A DNA stretch of 64,000 nucleotides from Desulfobacterales bacterium (GTDB lineage Bacteria > Desulfobacterota > Desulfobacteria > Desulfobacterales > UBA2174). The notes beneath the pieces are model-generated. The model had not been told where the DNA came from, made no database searches, and was given only the letters and a program-made list of their open reading frames with translations. The DNA lies in NCBI GenBank assembly GCA_963668645.2, contig CAXXWC010000010.1:64001-128000 (forward strand), written 5' to 3'. Positions 12,903-22,850 of the stretch are shown here, piece after piece. Numbering within the stretch: the stretch's first letter is position 1; the number at the start of each line of letters is the position of its first letter. Position numbers and translations under genes: made by a program.

Positions 12903-14303
12903 CTACTTTTCCTGGCGCAGGCGTTTACTCAGGGCCTGCTGGCTGATGCCGAGCATGGCGGCGGCGGCGGTCTGATTGCCGCCGGTCCGCTTGAGGGCCT
13001 CGCTCACGAGCATGCAGGTGGTCTCTTTAATGGTGGGAAGCCGGGACGGAAAGAGGATACTTTCGGGGACCTGGGCCGGTGCGGCGGCAATCCCCCCGCT
13101 TTGCTCGCGGCGGATATGGTCCTGAAAAACGGTCAGTTCCAGGTCCCCGGAACGGTGGCGGCTCAGGGCGTCGAAGATCATCGACTCGAGTTCGCGCACA
13201 TTGCCGGCGAAATTGTGGGCACGCAGCAGGGGCATCAGCTCGGCCGGGGCCGCCGGCCGGGGCCGGCCCAGGGCTCTGGAAGCTTTTTGGAGGAAATGGC
13301 CCACCAGCAAAGGCAGATCTTCAAGCCGTTCGCGCAAAGGGGGAATGTAGATCTGATGGGTGCGCAGCCGGTAGGCCAGGTCCTTGCGGAAGTGTCCGGC
13401 CCGTTCCAGGGCCCGCAGCGAAACGTTGGTCGAGGCCACGATACGGGCCTCGGTACGCCGGGGCCGATCGAGCCCCAGGGGGATGTATTCGCCTTCCTGG
13501 AGCAGACGGAGCAGCTTGACCTGGGAGGCCATGCTCAGATCGCCAATCTCGTCGAGGAAAAGGGTCCCGTCGGCGGCCGCCTCGATCATTCCGGCCCGGT
13601 CCCGCTCCGCACCGGTAAAGGCGCCGCGCACATGGCCAAAGAGGGTGTCGGAAAAGACGTTGTCATCCAGCCCGCCCACATTGACCGCCACGAAAGCCCC
13701 GGGCAGACCGCTGATGCGATGCAGGGCCCGGGCCACCAGCTCCTTGCCGACCCCGGTTTCACCGCGGATCAATACCGGCTGGAGCGTGGTGGCGATGGCC
13801 TCCACGTATTGGAAAACTGCCAGCATCTTGGCATTGCGGGTGATGATTTCGGCAAAGGCGTCGGATCTGGAGGGCTGGTCAGAGAGGATCTGGCGCCGCA
13901 GGGCCTGGTTTTCGCGCTGCAAGGCCCCGTAGGCCGCGGCCCGCTGCACCGTGGCCACCAGCCGTTCGTCCTCCACCGGCTTGAGAATGTAATCAAAGGC
14001 TCCGGCCTTCATGCAGCGCACCGCCGTTTCGGCGTCCACCCGGCCGGTGATCACGATCACGGGCACATCCGGGCACTCGGCCACGAAAAAAGAAAGCAGG
14101 GTTTCGCCGTCCACCCCCGGCATCATCAGATCGAGCAGGACGATGTCCGGAATCTGTTCGCCCACCACCGACTGGACCCGGCGGCTGTCGCTGCAGGTGC
14201 GGATCTGATTGAAGCCTGCCAGACGCAGGGCCGTGTCCACGGCCAGCAAGATACTCTGCTGGTCATCGACCACCAGGATGGATGGAGATGGAAACAGATT
14301 CAC
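12903..14303 (-). CDS. Sigma54-dependent response regulator (NtrC family)
   Basis: Receiver (VVDD, DLMMP), GETGVGKE, GAFTGA, LFLDEIG, GNVREL, Fis-type HTH. Confidence 0.95.
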   Translation of the reverse strand: MNLFPSPSILVVDDQQSILLAVDTALRLAGFNQIRTCSDSRRVQSVVGEQIPDIVLLDLMMPGVDGETLLSFFVAECPDVPVIVITGRVDAETAVRCMKAGAFDYILKPVEDERLVATVQRAAAYGALQRENQALRRQILSDQPSRSDAFAEIITRNAKMLAVFQYVEAIATTLQPVLIRGETGVGKELVARALHRISGLPGAFVAVNVGGLDDNVFSDTLFGHVRGAFTGAERDRAGMIEAAADGTLFLDEIGDLSMASQVKLLRLLQEGEYIPLGLDRPRRTEARIVASTNVSLRALERAGHFRKDLAYRLRTHQIYIPPLRERLEDLPLLVGHFLQKASRALGRPRPAAPAELMPLLRAHNFAGNVRELESMIFDALSRHRSGDLELTVFQDHIRREQSGGIAAAPAQVPESILFPSRLPTIKETTCMLVSEALKRTGGNQTAAAAMLGISQQALSKRLRQEK

Positions 14304-15799
14304 GGTGAATCCCCCGATGCCGGCAGGGTGATTGTGGCCACGGTGCCCTGGGGCATCGCCGGACCCAGGTCGAGGCGCCCGCCGTGGTCCTGGACGATGC
14401 GCTCCGAGACGGCCAGCCCCAGACCTGTACCGCCCTGATCGCGTTTGGTGGTGAAAAACGGGTCCTTGATCCGCCCGCGCAGGGCTTCGGGAATCCCCCG
14501 GCCCTGATCGGCCACCGTGATGACCACCTGGCCGTCGCTGGCCAGGACAGTGGATACACGGATGGCCTGGTCCCGGCTGGTCAAGGCCTGGCAGGCGTTG
14601 ACCAGCAGGTTGACCAAAACCTGCTCGATGCGCTGGGCGTTGCCCCTGACCGGCGGCAGGCCGGGGGCCAGGTTCAGGGCGAAATCGTGGGTCGATTTCT
14701 TGATCAGGTTGGCCACCAGCCCGGCGGCACGCTGCACACTGGCGTTGACGTCCACCGTCTCGTTGAGGTCCGAGGATCCCTGGCGGGCGAAATCTTTCAG
14801 GTCGGCAACGATACTGCGCGCCCGCAAGGCCGCATCCACGGTGTCGGAAAGAAGCAGCGGCAGCCTTTCGCGCAGCAAGGCGTAGGGCATCGCCCCCACG
14901 GCGAACTCCTCGTTTTCTGCCAGGTGAGCCTCCAGCACCGGCCCGACGGCGCGCCAGGTCTTGTCGAGAGTCTGGGCGTTGAGCACGATGGAGGTGATGG
15001 GGTTGTTGATCTCGTGGGCGATCCCCGAGACCAGGGTGCCGATGGAAGCCAGCTTGGCGGCCTGGTAGAGCTGCTCCTGCTGCTGATTGGCCTGCTGCTG
15101 GGCCTTGCGGCGGCGCTGCTCGGCCATCATCCCCTGCCAGACGATGTAGCCGGAAAGGGCGATCATCAGGGCCAGGATCCCGGCACAGACCAGGATCAGG
15201 TGGCGCCGGATGGCGGCCATCTCAACGCGCAGGTCCTCTACGTAGACCCCGGTCCCCACAATCCAGCCCCAGGGGGCGAACCCCTTGACATAGGAAATCT
15301 TGGGAACGATATGGGCCGGATCGTCCTTCCATTGCCAGTGGTAGTCCACATACCCGGCCCCGGCCGCGGCCACGATGCGCACGCATTCCACGAAAAGACG
15401 CTTGCCGGTGGGATCCTCGAAGGTGGAGATGTCGCTGCCCTCCAGATCGCGCCGGTAAGGGTGCATCAGCAGCCGCGGGTGCATGTCGTTGATCCAGAAG
15501 TAGTCCTTGTCCTCCGGCCCGTAGCGCAGGGCCCGCAGATGGTCGATGGCCCTGGCCTGGGCCTCGACGCGGGTCAGGCGCCCGCCCTGGACCTGCCTTT
15601 CAAAGTCGGCCAGGGCGCTCCAGGCCGTTTGGGTCAACTCCTGGATCATCTCACGCTTGCCGGCCATCAACCGCTCCTGGAGCATGGGCAGGAAAAGAAA
15701 AAAAATGGTGCCGACAAACAGGGCCACGCTCAGCACCACCGGAAAGACGATGCGGGCCGAAGCGCTGGCATAGCGGGTCGATAGCGGGCCATCAGCCAT
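14300..15799 (-). CDS. Single Cache (sCache_2) sensor histidine kinase
   Basis: TM, then YFWIND...MHP...GYVDYHW...PKISYVKGFAPWGWIVGTG, then TM; H-box IAHEINNP, NLLVNA, DQGRGI, GTGLGL. Confidence 0.92.
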   Translation of the reverse strand: MADGPLSTRYASASARIVFPVVLSVALFVGTIFFLFLPMLQERLMAGKREMIQELTQTAWSALADFERQVQGGRLTRVEAQARAIDHLRALRYGPEDKDYFWINDMHPRLLMHPYRRDLEGSDISTFEDPTGKRLFVECVRIVAAAGAGYVDYHWQWKDDPAHIVPKISYVKGFAPWGWIVGTGVYVEDLRVEMAAIRRHLILVCAGILALMIALSGYIVWQGMMAEQRRRKAQQQANQQQEQLYQAAKLASIGTLVSGIAHEINNPITSIVLNAQTLDKTWRAVGPVLEAHLAENEEFAVGAMPYALLRERLPLLLSDTVDAALRARSIVADLKDFARQGSSDLNETVDVNASVQRAAGLVANLIKKSTHDFALNLAPGLPPVRGNAQRIEQVLVNLLVNACQALTSRDQAIRVSTVLASDGQVVITVADQGRGIPEALRGRIKDPFFTTKRDQGGTGLGLAVSERIVQDHGGRLDLGPAMPQGTVATITLPASGDSP

Positions 15800-16215
15800 G
15801 AAAAAGGCCTTTGAAGGTTTTCTGGATGACTTGTGGGGGGTGTTTAACGCCGCAGGCTTACCATTTTGGCTCCGGCAGGGCAAGTCTCGGTGAAAAGACC
15901 CCGTAATTCCCGCTGAAGCCAAAATGTCCGGAGGTCGGGTTCGACCCGATCCACCGCTGCCCTTTCTTCCGCCATCCTACCGGATTCTTTTTTTCCGGAC
16001 GCCCCAAGTGCCGCGACCGCCGCCACCCCCCGGCCGCCCCCGCCGCTCGGACACGCAAATCGTTCTTGCCATGATATATCCGGTATGATTATAGCCGACA
16101 AAGGCATTACTGGAGATTGCCCAACGGGCCGGCGGTGTACCTGAAAACGGAAACGACCATCGCCGGCAAGACAAAAGCCGGCCGACTCTGCCGGTTGACA
16201 GGAGAGCGGAAGATC

Positions 16216-17334
16216 ATGGGTCTGAGCCTACTTGAAGGAAACGAAGCCATCGGCTGGGGGGCACTGGACGCCGGGTGCCGGTTTTTCGCCGGCTACCCGA
16301 TCACGCCAGCCACCAGCGTCTTTAACACCATGCTGCGCCTTTTGCCGCCGGCAGGCGGCATCGTGCTGCAAGGCGAGGACGAAATCGCCTCCATGGGCTA
16401 CTGCATCGGGGCGTCCATGGCCGGATTCAAGGCCATGACCGCCACCAGCGGCCCGGGGATCAGCCTCTACAGCGAGCACATCAGCTTTGCCATCGGTTCG
16501 GAAATCCCGCTGGTGATCGTCGACGTCCAGCGCCTCGGCCCCTCCACGGGCAGCGCCACCAAAGGGGCCGACGGCGATGTGCAGTTTCTGCGCTGGTCCA
16601 ACACCGGCGGCTGCCCGGCCATCGTGCTGGCCCCGGTGGACGTTGCCGACTGCTACACCCTGACCATCAAGGCTTTCAACCTGGCCGAAACCTATCGCTG
16701 CCCGGTCTTTCTGGCCTCCAACAAGGAGATCGGCCTGGTCCGGGAGGCCGTCGACCTGGAGGCCTGCGAGAGGCCGGCGCCGGTCAATCGGCTGCTTTGC
16801 CCCGACGGGCGGGCCTGCCTGCCCTTTGCGCCTGCCGAAGGCCGGGATGTCCCCTATTTTTTACCCATCGGCGGCGAGCGGCTCAGCCGCCAGACATCGA
16901 GCACCCACGGCGAAAACGGCTACATCACCACCGTACCGGCGCAGATCGCGGCCCAGATCGAGCGCCTGGACCGCAAGCTGACGGCCGCCGTGGACAGCTA
17001 TGCCTATCACAGCGCCGATCTGCAAGACGGGGCCGGCACCCTGGTCTTGACCTACGGCGTCACCGCCCGGGCAGCCCACAAGGCCGTGGCCGACCTGCGC
17101 AGCCGGGGAGAACGGGTATCGCTGGCGGTGCTCAAAACCCTCTGGCCCTGTCCTGAAAACCTGATCCGGTCCCTGGCCCGGGACGCCGGGCGCGTTTTGG
17201 TCTGCGAGATGAACTGCGGCCAATACAGCCTGGAGGTCCAGCGGGTGCTGCGCGACAAGGCCGTGCAGCATGTCGGCCACATGAACGGGGTGCTGATTTC
17301 TCCGGAGACGATCAAGGAGGCCTTTCATGGGTGA
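16216..17334 (+). CDS. 2-oxoacid:ferredoxin oxidoreductase alpha subunit
   Basis: GNEA, FFAGYPITPA, QGEDEIAS, TATSGPG, QRLGPSTG and EMNCGQ motifs. Confidence 0.9.
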   Translation: MGLSLLEGNEAIGWGALDAGCRFFAGYPITPATSVFNTMLRLLPPAGGIVLQGEDEIASMGYCIGASMAGFKAMTATSGPGISLYSEHISFAIGSEIPLVIVDVQRLGPSTGSATKGADGDVQFLRWSNTGGCPAIVLAPVDVADCYTLTIKAFNLAETYRCPVFLASNKEIGLVREAVDLEACERPAPVNRLLCPDGRACLPFAPAEGRDVPYFLPIGGERLSRQTSSTHGENGYITTVPAQIAAQIERLDRKLTAAVDSYAYHSADLQDGAGTLVLTYGVTARAAHKAVADLRSRGERVSLAVLKTLWPCPENLIRSLARDAGRVLVCEMNCGQYSLEVQRVLRDKAVQHVGHMNGVLISPETIKEAFHG

Positions 17335-18631
17335 AAACAGCCTGCTCAATCAAGACCGTCCCCCCGTGTTCTGCCCGGGGTGCTCCCATGAACGGGTGCT
17401 CAAGACCCTGGACCAGGTTTTGGTCGCCATGGGACTTTCCGGCCCCCAGATCGCCATGGTCAGCGACATCGGCTGCTCGGGTCTCTTCGACACCTTTTTC
17501 AACACCCACGCCCTGCACGGGGTCCACGGCCGGGTGCTGACCTACGCGGCCGGGCTCAAGCTCTGCCGGCCGGAGCTGACCGTGGTGGCCACCATGGGCG
17601 ACGGCGGCCTGGGCATCGGCGGCGCCCATCTGCTGGCCGCCTGCCGCCGCAACCTGGACCTTACCCTGCTGGTGCTCAACAACTTCAACTTCGGCATGAC
17701 CGGCGGCCAGTGCTCTGCCACCTCGCCGCCCGAGGCGGTGCTGGCCTCCGGATTTCTCAACCGGGTGGAAAAGCCCCTGGATCTGTACAAAATCGCGGTG
17801 GCGGCCGGAGCGCCTTTTGTCGCCCGGTGTTCCGCCTATCAAAAGGACCTGCCCCAGGTCATCGAAAAGGCCGTCGCCTACAAGGGATTTGCCGTGGTGG
17901 AGATCCAGGGCATATGCCCGGGCCGCTACACCAAACGCAACAAGCTGACCTCTGAGATTATCGACGCCAATCTGCGCGCTTCGGCAGCAATCAACGGTGA
18001 GATCGCGGAAAACGTGCGCCGGGAATACGGTGAAGCGTATCGCGCCCGCTGCGCCGGACTCGAACCGGTCCCCAGACCTGCGAAAATAAAGGCCTGCTGC
18101 ACGCCGCCCTCGCGTCAAAAACAGGCCGTGGCCATCCTGGGTGCCGCCGGCCAGGGGATCATCACGGCCGGCGAGGTGCTCGGCCTGGCCGGCCTTGCCG
18201 GCGGTTTTTACGTGTCCCAGAAAAACGACTACAACATCACCGTGCTCCGGGGACCTTCGATCACCGAAATCAACCTCTCGCCCGAGCCCATCGATTACAC
18301 CGGTTCAGCCCGGCCCGAGGTGATCATCGCCCTGGCAGCCGAAGGCGTCGAGCGCCGCAAGGCCCTGCTGGCCGGAGCAGCCCCGCAGACCCTGATCCTG
18401 GCGGCCACCGGGATCGAGCTGCCGCCCACCGCGGCGCCCGTGATAACGGTCGATTTCAAGAGTCTGGGAATCCGGCGCCAGGACTGGGCCCTGGCCGCCC
18501 TGGCATGGCTGGCCCGCAGCAACCGGGTTATCGGTGCCGCAATGCTCGATGCCGCCTTGACACAGCGGTTCAAGGACCCGGTGCGCACATCCGTTCAGGC
18601 CATGATGAAAAAAATCGCTTTGGCGGGTTGA
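17327..18631 (+). CDS. 2-oxoacid:ferredoxin oxidoreductase beta subunit fused to a C-terminal gamma domain
   Basis: FCPGC, DIGCS, HGR, TPP motif GDGG...NN, GMTGGQ; then gamma-type ILGAAGQGIITAG...RG.S. Confidence 0.85.
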   Translation: MGENSLLNQDRPPVFCPGCSHERVLKTLDQVLVAMGLSGPQIAMVSDIGCSGLFDTFFNTHALHGVHGRVLTYAAGLKLCRPELTVVATMGDGGLGIGGAHLLAACRRNLDLTLLVLNNFNFGMTGGQCSATSPPEAVLASGFLNRVEKPLDLYKIAVAAGAPFVARCSAYQKDLPQVIEKAVAYKGFAVVEIQGICPGRYTKRNKLTSEIIDANLRASAAINGEIAENVRREYGEAYRARCAGLEPVPRPAKIKACCTPPSRQKQAVAILGAAGQGIITAGEVLGLAGLAGGFYVSQKNDYNITVLRGPSITEINLSPEPIDYTGSARPEVIIALAAEGVERRKALLAGAAPQTLILAATGIELPPTAAPVITVDFKSLGIRRQDWALAALAWLARSNRVIGAAMLDAALTQRFKDPVRTSVQAMMKKIALAG

Positions 18632-18642
18632 AACGCGGTGTT

Positions 18643-19554
18643 CTAGTTCCCGGGCAATGCCCCCGCAAAGGCCTTGGGATGATCGGCGACGAAGGCCTCC
18701 ATGACCTTCAGGCCATGGAGGCCTGCGCCCCTGCAACGCGGCTGGATCGCCTTGGCTTCGGCGCCAAAGGCCTGGGCGATGCGATCCGGCACCGCGGTAC
18801 CGTCACACTTGTTGATCACCACCCGATGGACCGGTTTGCCGATCTCGGCCAGTGCGGTGCGGATGCGCAGGGCCTCGGCCAGCGAGAGCCGATCGGCGTT
18901 GAGCACAAGGTGGATGTGCGCCGATGGGGCCAGCAGCAGGTCGCGCAGGCGGGTATGGCCCTCGATGAGGGTCTCGAGTTTGTTCTTGACCCGGTCGCGT
19001 TCCAGTTCGCAGCTGCCGACACGGATCTTGGAGATGATCTCCTTCTTGCGGCAGATCTCGTTGCGCAGCTTGAGCAGTTCGCCCAGCCAGGTCAAGGTGA
19101 TGGCCGGCAGGGAGAAAAAGCGCAAGGTCAGGGCCGTGGGCGCCATGTCGAAGATGACGGCGTCCTTGCCCTTGGCGCTGGCCAGCACGTTTTCGAAGGC
19201 CAGCAGCAGGGCGTACTCTTCCAGCCCCGGTGAAAACTGGAGCACCTTGAAATGGTCCTGGAGGTTGAAGGCGCTCTGGTAGAGGTAGGATTTGCTCAGG
19301 TGCTCGCGCGTTTGCTTCAAGTAGGTGCGGATCCAGTAGGCGGTGTCGATCTCTTTGACCGCCAGGCGATCGCGCACGCAGCGCGGTTTTTCGCTGAATC
19401 CGGTTTCGAACAGGTCGCGCTGATTGTGGGCCGGGTCCATCGAAACCAGGAGGGTCTCGTAGCCCGAGGCAGCCAGGAACAGGGCCGTGAGGGCCGAGGT
19501 GGTGGACTTGCCCACCCCGCCCTTGCCGACGAAAAAGTGCAGTTGGGGCCCCAT
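18643..19554 (-). CDS. Single-domain ArsA/GET3-family ATPase
   Basis: GKGGVGKST, SMDPAHN, PGLEE, DMAPTALTLR, VVINK; 303 aa. Confidence 0.9.
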   Translation of the reverse strand: MGPQLHFFVGKGGVGKSTTSALTALFLAASGYETLLVSMDPAHNQRDLFETGFSEKPRCVRDRLAVKEIDTAYWIRTYLKQTREHLSKSYLYQSAFNLQDHFKVLQFSPGLEEYALLLAFENVLASAKGKDAVIFDMAPTALTLRFFSLPAITLTWLGELLKLRNEICRKKEIISKIRVGSCELERDRVKNKLETLIEGHTRLRDLLLAPSAHIHLVLNADRLSLAEALRIRTALAEIGKPVHRVVINKCDGTAVPDRIAQAFGAEAKAIQPRCRGAGLHGLKVMEAFVADHPKAFAGALPGN

Positions 19555-19576
19555 GCGGATTTCAAGTCCTCAACAG

Positions 19577-19858
19577 TCAATCGATGGAAAAGACCGAAAA
19601 CAGCTCGGCCAACGGATCATGGGCCGTGGTGACCTTGTCGAGCATCAAGGTGAACTCGCGCTCCATCACCGGCATCATCTCCATGGTGATCTGAATCGGC
19701 GGCGAAGGGATGCCGACGAAGGCGCCGAGCACCAGCAGGGCGAAGATGTGCTCGAGCTCCTCGAGTTCATGCGCCATGGTGTCGCAGGCCCGGTCGCGAA
19801 AAACCGCGTCGGCCACCCGGTAGATCCTGCGCACCCGTTTTAAAAGCGTGTTCAGCAT
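19577..19858 (-). CDS. Small conserved CstA/ArsA-associated protein (cory-CC-star-like)
   Basis: 93 aa, ELEELEHIFALLVLGAFVGIPSPP..TMEMMP; lies between cstA and the ArsA-like ATPase. Family call is from recalled resemblance. Confidence 0.65.
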   Translation of the reverse strand: MLNTLLKRVRRIYRVADAVFRDRACDTMAHELEELEHIFALLVLGAFVGIPSPPIQITMEMMPVMEREFTLMLDKVTTAHDPLAELFSVFSID

Positions 19859-20322
19859 GGGCCGGGCTGCCCCACCCGAAACAGGCGCCGGTCGAAGCCG
19901 ATGCGCCGCTCAGAGGGGTAGTGATAGTACATGGCATAAAGAGCCGCCAGAAAGCAGCCCGCCTGATAAAAGGAGGGCAGGCTCAACGCCAGGGCGACGG
20001 CCGCCAGGTATGGCGCCACCAGGGCCGTAGCGATTAAACGCCGCTGAAAGCGTACAAACTCCGATTCAGCGACGCCGCGCGCCGCCCGCATCCGGTTGGC
20101 GAACGCAGTGCGGATCCATATGGGCAGGCCCACCGCTACGGCGATGGACGCGGCAAACAGCCCGGCCCCCACGATCTTGACCGCGGCGGCCTGGGAAATG
20201 AGGACCGCCATTTCAGAGCTTCGGACTGCGGCCGCCATGGCAATGGCCACCAGAGCCGGCAACAGCAGGCGGTAGTAGGCTTGTTTGAGGTCAGCGGTCG
20301 TCAATGGCTTTTTCCCGGGCAA
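19852..20322 (-). CDS. Hypothetical membrane protein (about 4 TM)
   Basis: Four hydrophobic segments; C-terminal YYHYPSERRI; stop overlaps the next start. Start codon uncertain. Confidence 0.7.
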   Translation of the reverse strand: MPGKKPLTTADLKQAYYRLLLPALVAIAMAAAVRSSEMAVLISQAAAVKIVGAGLFAASIAVAVGLPIWIRTAFANRMRAARGVAESEFVRFQRRLIATALVAPYLAAVALALSLPSFYQAGCFLAALYAMYYHYPSERRIGFDRRLFRVGQPGPC

Positions 20323-20361
20323 TCACGTCGACTTATAGCGAGAGATAAGCCGCTTATCAAG

Positions 20362-20406
20362 CCCTTCGGCGGGCGCCGGCATCCTGCTCCGGCACCCGCC
20401 GAAGGG
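20362..20406 (-). terminator. 18-bp stem-loop downstream of cstA
   Basis: CCCTTCGGCGGGCGCCGG / CCGGCACCCGCCGAAGGG. The one mismatch is a G-U pair on the minus (mRNA) strand. Confidence 0.55.
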
Positions 20407-20472
20407 GGTACGAGAATCGGCCGTCCAGCGGCCGAATCCCGTTTACGGGGCCAATCCCGGTCTCCGACTCGA

Positions 20473-22215
20473 TCAGGTTGCGGCCTCCGGCTCACCGCTG
20501 GCAGTCGTCTCATCGGTCTGGAAGAACTTGATAAAGCCTTCGACCACGATCCAGGCGGCGATAATGATGATGACGATATTGATGCTCTGCAGCAGCATGT
20601 TGTGCGCCCCGCCGAATTGGAGTTGATTAAGAGTGGCGGCCCAGAGGGTCATTATCGCCATAAATATCGCCGGGATTCCGGCCACCATCCATTTAAGGCC
20701 GCCGCGGGCCTTGAGGTAAAGCGTAATCACGATCAGGGCCAGGGCCGCCAGGGTCTGGTTGACCGCGCCGAACAGGGGCCAGAGTTTCATGGCCCCCTTG
20801 CCGCCGGCACCGGTGGCGAAGGCCAGGATCAGGGCCGTGCCCACCGCGATGGCCGTGGCGGTGTACTTGCCGGTGAGAAAGTCGAGCTTCAAGGTGGTAA
20901 ACAGCTCGCTGAGCACGTACCGCTGGATGCGGGTGGCCGAATCGAGGGTCGTGCCGGCAAACGAGGCCACGAAGACGGCCATGATGGCCAGGGTGAAAAT
21001 CTTGGGGATGCCCAGGGTCATGATCATGTTGGCCGCACCGTCCACAAATGCGGAGATCTTGGATCCGAGACCGGCCGCTGCGGCCCAGGACGAATAATGG
21101 GTCGTCCAGGCGGCCACGCCGGTCAGGGTCTCGCCGGACTTGGTGGTGTATCCCATGCCGATGCCGGCGGCCACGGCGATGATCACCAAAGTGGCCAGGG
21201 CCCCTTCCATCAGCATCGAGCCGTAGCCGACGAACAGGGCGTCTTCCTCACTGCGCACCTGCTTTCCCGAAGTGCCCGAAGAGACCAGGGAATGAAACCC
21301 GGAAATGGCGCCGCAGGCGATGGTGATAAAAAGAAACGGCCACATGCTCGGAGCCTTGGCCGGACTGGCCTGTATCGCCGGGGCCACGATTTCCAGCCTG
21401 CCGGTCAGGGCGGCACCGAAGACGCCCAGGATCAACAGGCCCATGGCGATGACCAGCTGGTGGGAGTTGATGAAGTCCCGGGGCTGGAGCAGGGCGGTCA
21501 CCGGCAGCACCGAGGCGATAAAGCCGTAGATCAGCAGGATGATGGTCCATACCCCGGTGGCCGGGATCCCGGCCACGGTGGGCATCTTCACCGGCATGAA
21601 GGGGCCGAGAAAGACGAAGAGGTACATCAGCAGGATGGCCCAGATCGACAGGCTGGTCACGTTGCCGCCCTTCTTGTAGACCAGGTAGCCCAACACCATG
21701 GCGATGGGCACCTCGACCCAGACCGCCACCACCGACTGGGGATACATGGCGAAGATGATGGCGATGACCAGGCCGAAGACCGCGATGACGATCCACAGCT
21801 CCAGAAAGACGATCAAAAAGAACAAGAAACGGGTGCGGTTGTTGATGTACTTGGCGGTGTAATCGGAAATCGACTTGCCCTGGTTGCGCAGGCTGATCAC
21901 CAGAGCGCCGAAATCGTGCACCGCGCCCATGACGATGCTGCCCACGAATACCCACAGCAGGGCCGGCACCCAGCCCCAGATGATGGCGATGGCCGGCCCC
22001 ACGATGGGTCCGGTGCCGGCGATGGAGGTAAAATGGTGCCCGAAAATGATCTCCTTCTTGGTCGGCACGTAGTCGACGCCGTCCTCGAACTCCTGGGACG
22101 GCGTCCTGGCGGTGGGCGACAGGGCGAAGATTTTTTTGCCGATGTACTGGCCGTAAAGCTTGTACATGGCGATGTAGCCCGCGAAGGCCACGATCATGAT
22201 GAGCAGTGCATCCAT
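20473..22215 (-). CDS. cstA: Carbon starvation protein A family transporter (peptide/pyruvate)
   Basis: DGVDYVPT, FGHHFTSIAGTGPIVGP, GAVHD, QPRD, FITIACGAISGFHSLVSSGT, GYGSML.EG, LWPLFG..NQ. Confidence 0.95.
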   Translation of the reverse strand: MDALLIMIVAFAGYIAMYKLYGQYIGKKIFALSPTARTPSQEFEDGVDYVPTKKEIIFGHHFTSIAGTGPIVGPAIAIIWGWVPALLWVFVGSIVMGAVHDFGALVISLRNQGKSISDYTAKYINNRTRFLFFLIVFLELWIVIAVFGLVIAIIFAMYPQSVVAVWVEVPIAMVLGYLVYKKGGNVTSLSIWAILLMYLFVFLGPFMPVKMPTVAGIPATGVWTIILLIYGFIASVLPVTALLQPRDFINSHQLVIAMGLLILGVFGAALTGRLEIVAPAIQASPAKAPSMWPFLFITIACGAISGFHSLVSSGTSGKQVRSEEDALFVGYGSMLMEGALATLVIIAVAAGIGMGYTTKSGETLTGVAAWTTHYSSWAAAAGLGSKISAFVDGAANMIMTLGIPKIFTLAIMAVFVASFAGTTLDSATRIQRYVLSELFTTLKLDFLTGKYTATAIAVGTALILAFATGAGGKGAMKLWPLFGAVNQTLAALALIVITLYLKARGGLKWMVAGIPAIFMAIMTLWAATLNQLQFGGAHNMLLQSINIVIIIIAAWIVVEGFIKFFQTDETTASGEPEAAT

Positions 22216-22333
22216 AAAACTTCTCCTTTCTTTGCGGTTCGCTCAGCTTATATTAGGTGCCCGGCACTTCCGGTGCCGGTAATGGGGCAGGATCCACGGG
22301 ACGAAAGTGGCGATCCTTTGCCGGCTGCGAGTT

Positions 22334-22783
22334 TCAGCGGTTCGGATCATTGGCCGGCGCCTTTCCCCTCCATGGTGCCGGGCGTGATGCGCTACGCGCC
22401 GGCGGCGCGTCCTGAAACAGGTTTCTGAGCACCGATTCGATGGCCTGCATATCCAAAGGCTTGAACAGGCACCCGTCCACCCCCACGGCCCGGGCCTCGA
22501 TGGGCAGGGTATCGGTCCCGTAGGCCGTGATCAGCAGTTTGACCCCCTTTTTGCCCTGGATCTGTTTGAAAAAACTCAATCCGTCCATCCCCGGCAGACG
22601 GTAATCGCAGATCACGATGTCGAAATGGCGCCGGGAAAGCGCCTCAAGCCCCTCCTCGGCCGTTTCCAGGGCCATGAAGTACAACCCCTCGCCTTCGAAA
22701 AAAACCGCCATCGAATCCCGGATCCAGGCGTCATCGTCGATGAGCAAAATCCGTTTAGGCCAGGTGTCGCTGGAGTGTTTCAT
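22334..22783 (-). CDS. Single-domain response regulator receiver
   Basis: LIDDD, CDYRLPGMDG, ITAYG, FKP. Confidence 0.85.
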   Translation of the reverse strand: MKHSSDTWPKRILLIDDDAWIRDSMAVFFEGEGLYFMALETAEEGLEALSRRHFDIVICDYRLPGMDGLSFFKQIQGKKGVKLLITAYGTDTLPIEARAVGVDGCLFKPLDMQAIESVLRNLFQDAPPARSASRPAPWRGKAPANDPNR

Positions 22784-22850
22784 TGCTGCAAGACCGATCG
22801 AAAGTGGCACAAATCAAAGGCCGGAATGGCGGCCTTCAGCCCATAAGGAT

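Noticed and set aside
18643..19554. Arsenic-resistance operon
   Set aside because: The ATPase is single-domain with an altered DTAPTGH motif, and no arsR/B/C/D or acr3 is present in the window.
19560..19580. Selenocysteine read-through at the TGA of the 93-aa cstA-associated protein
   Set aside because: Another TGA follows four codons later, and there is no SECIS-like hairpin or Cys/Sec motif context.
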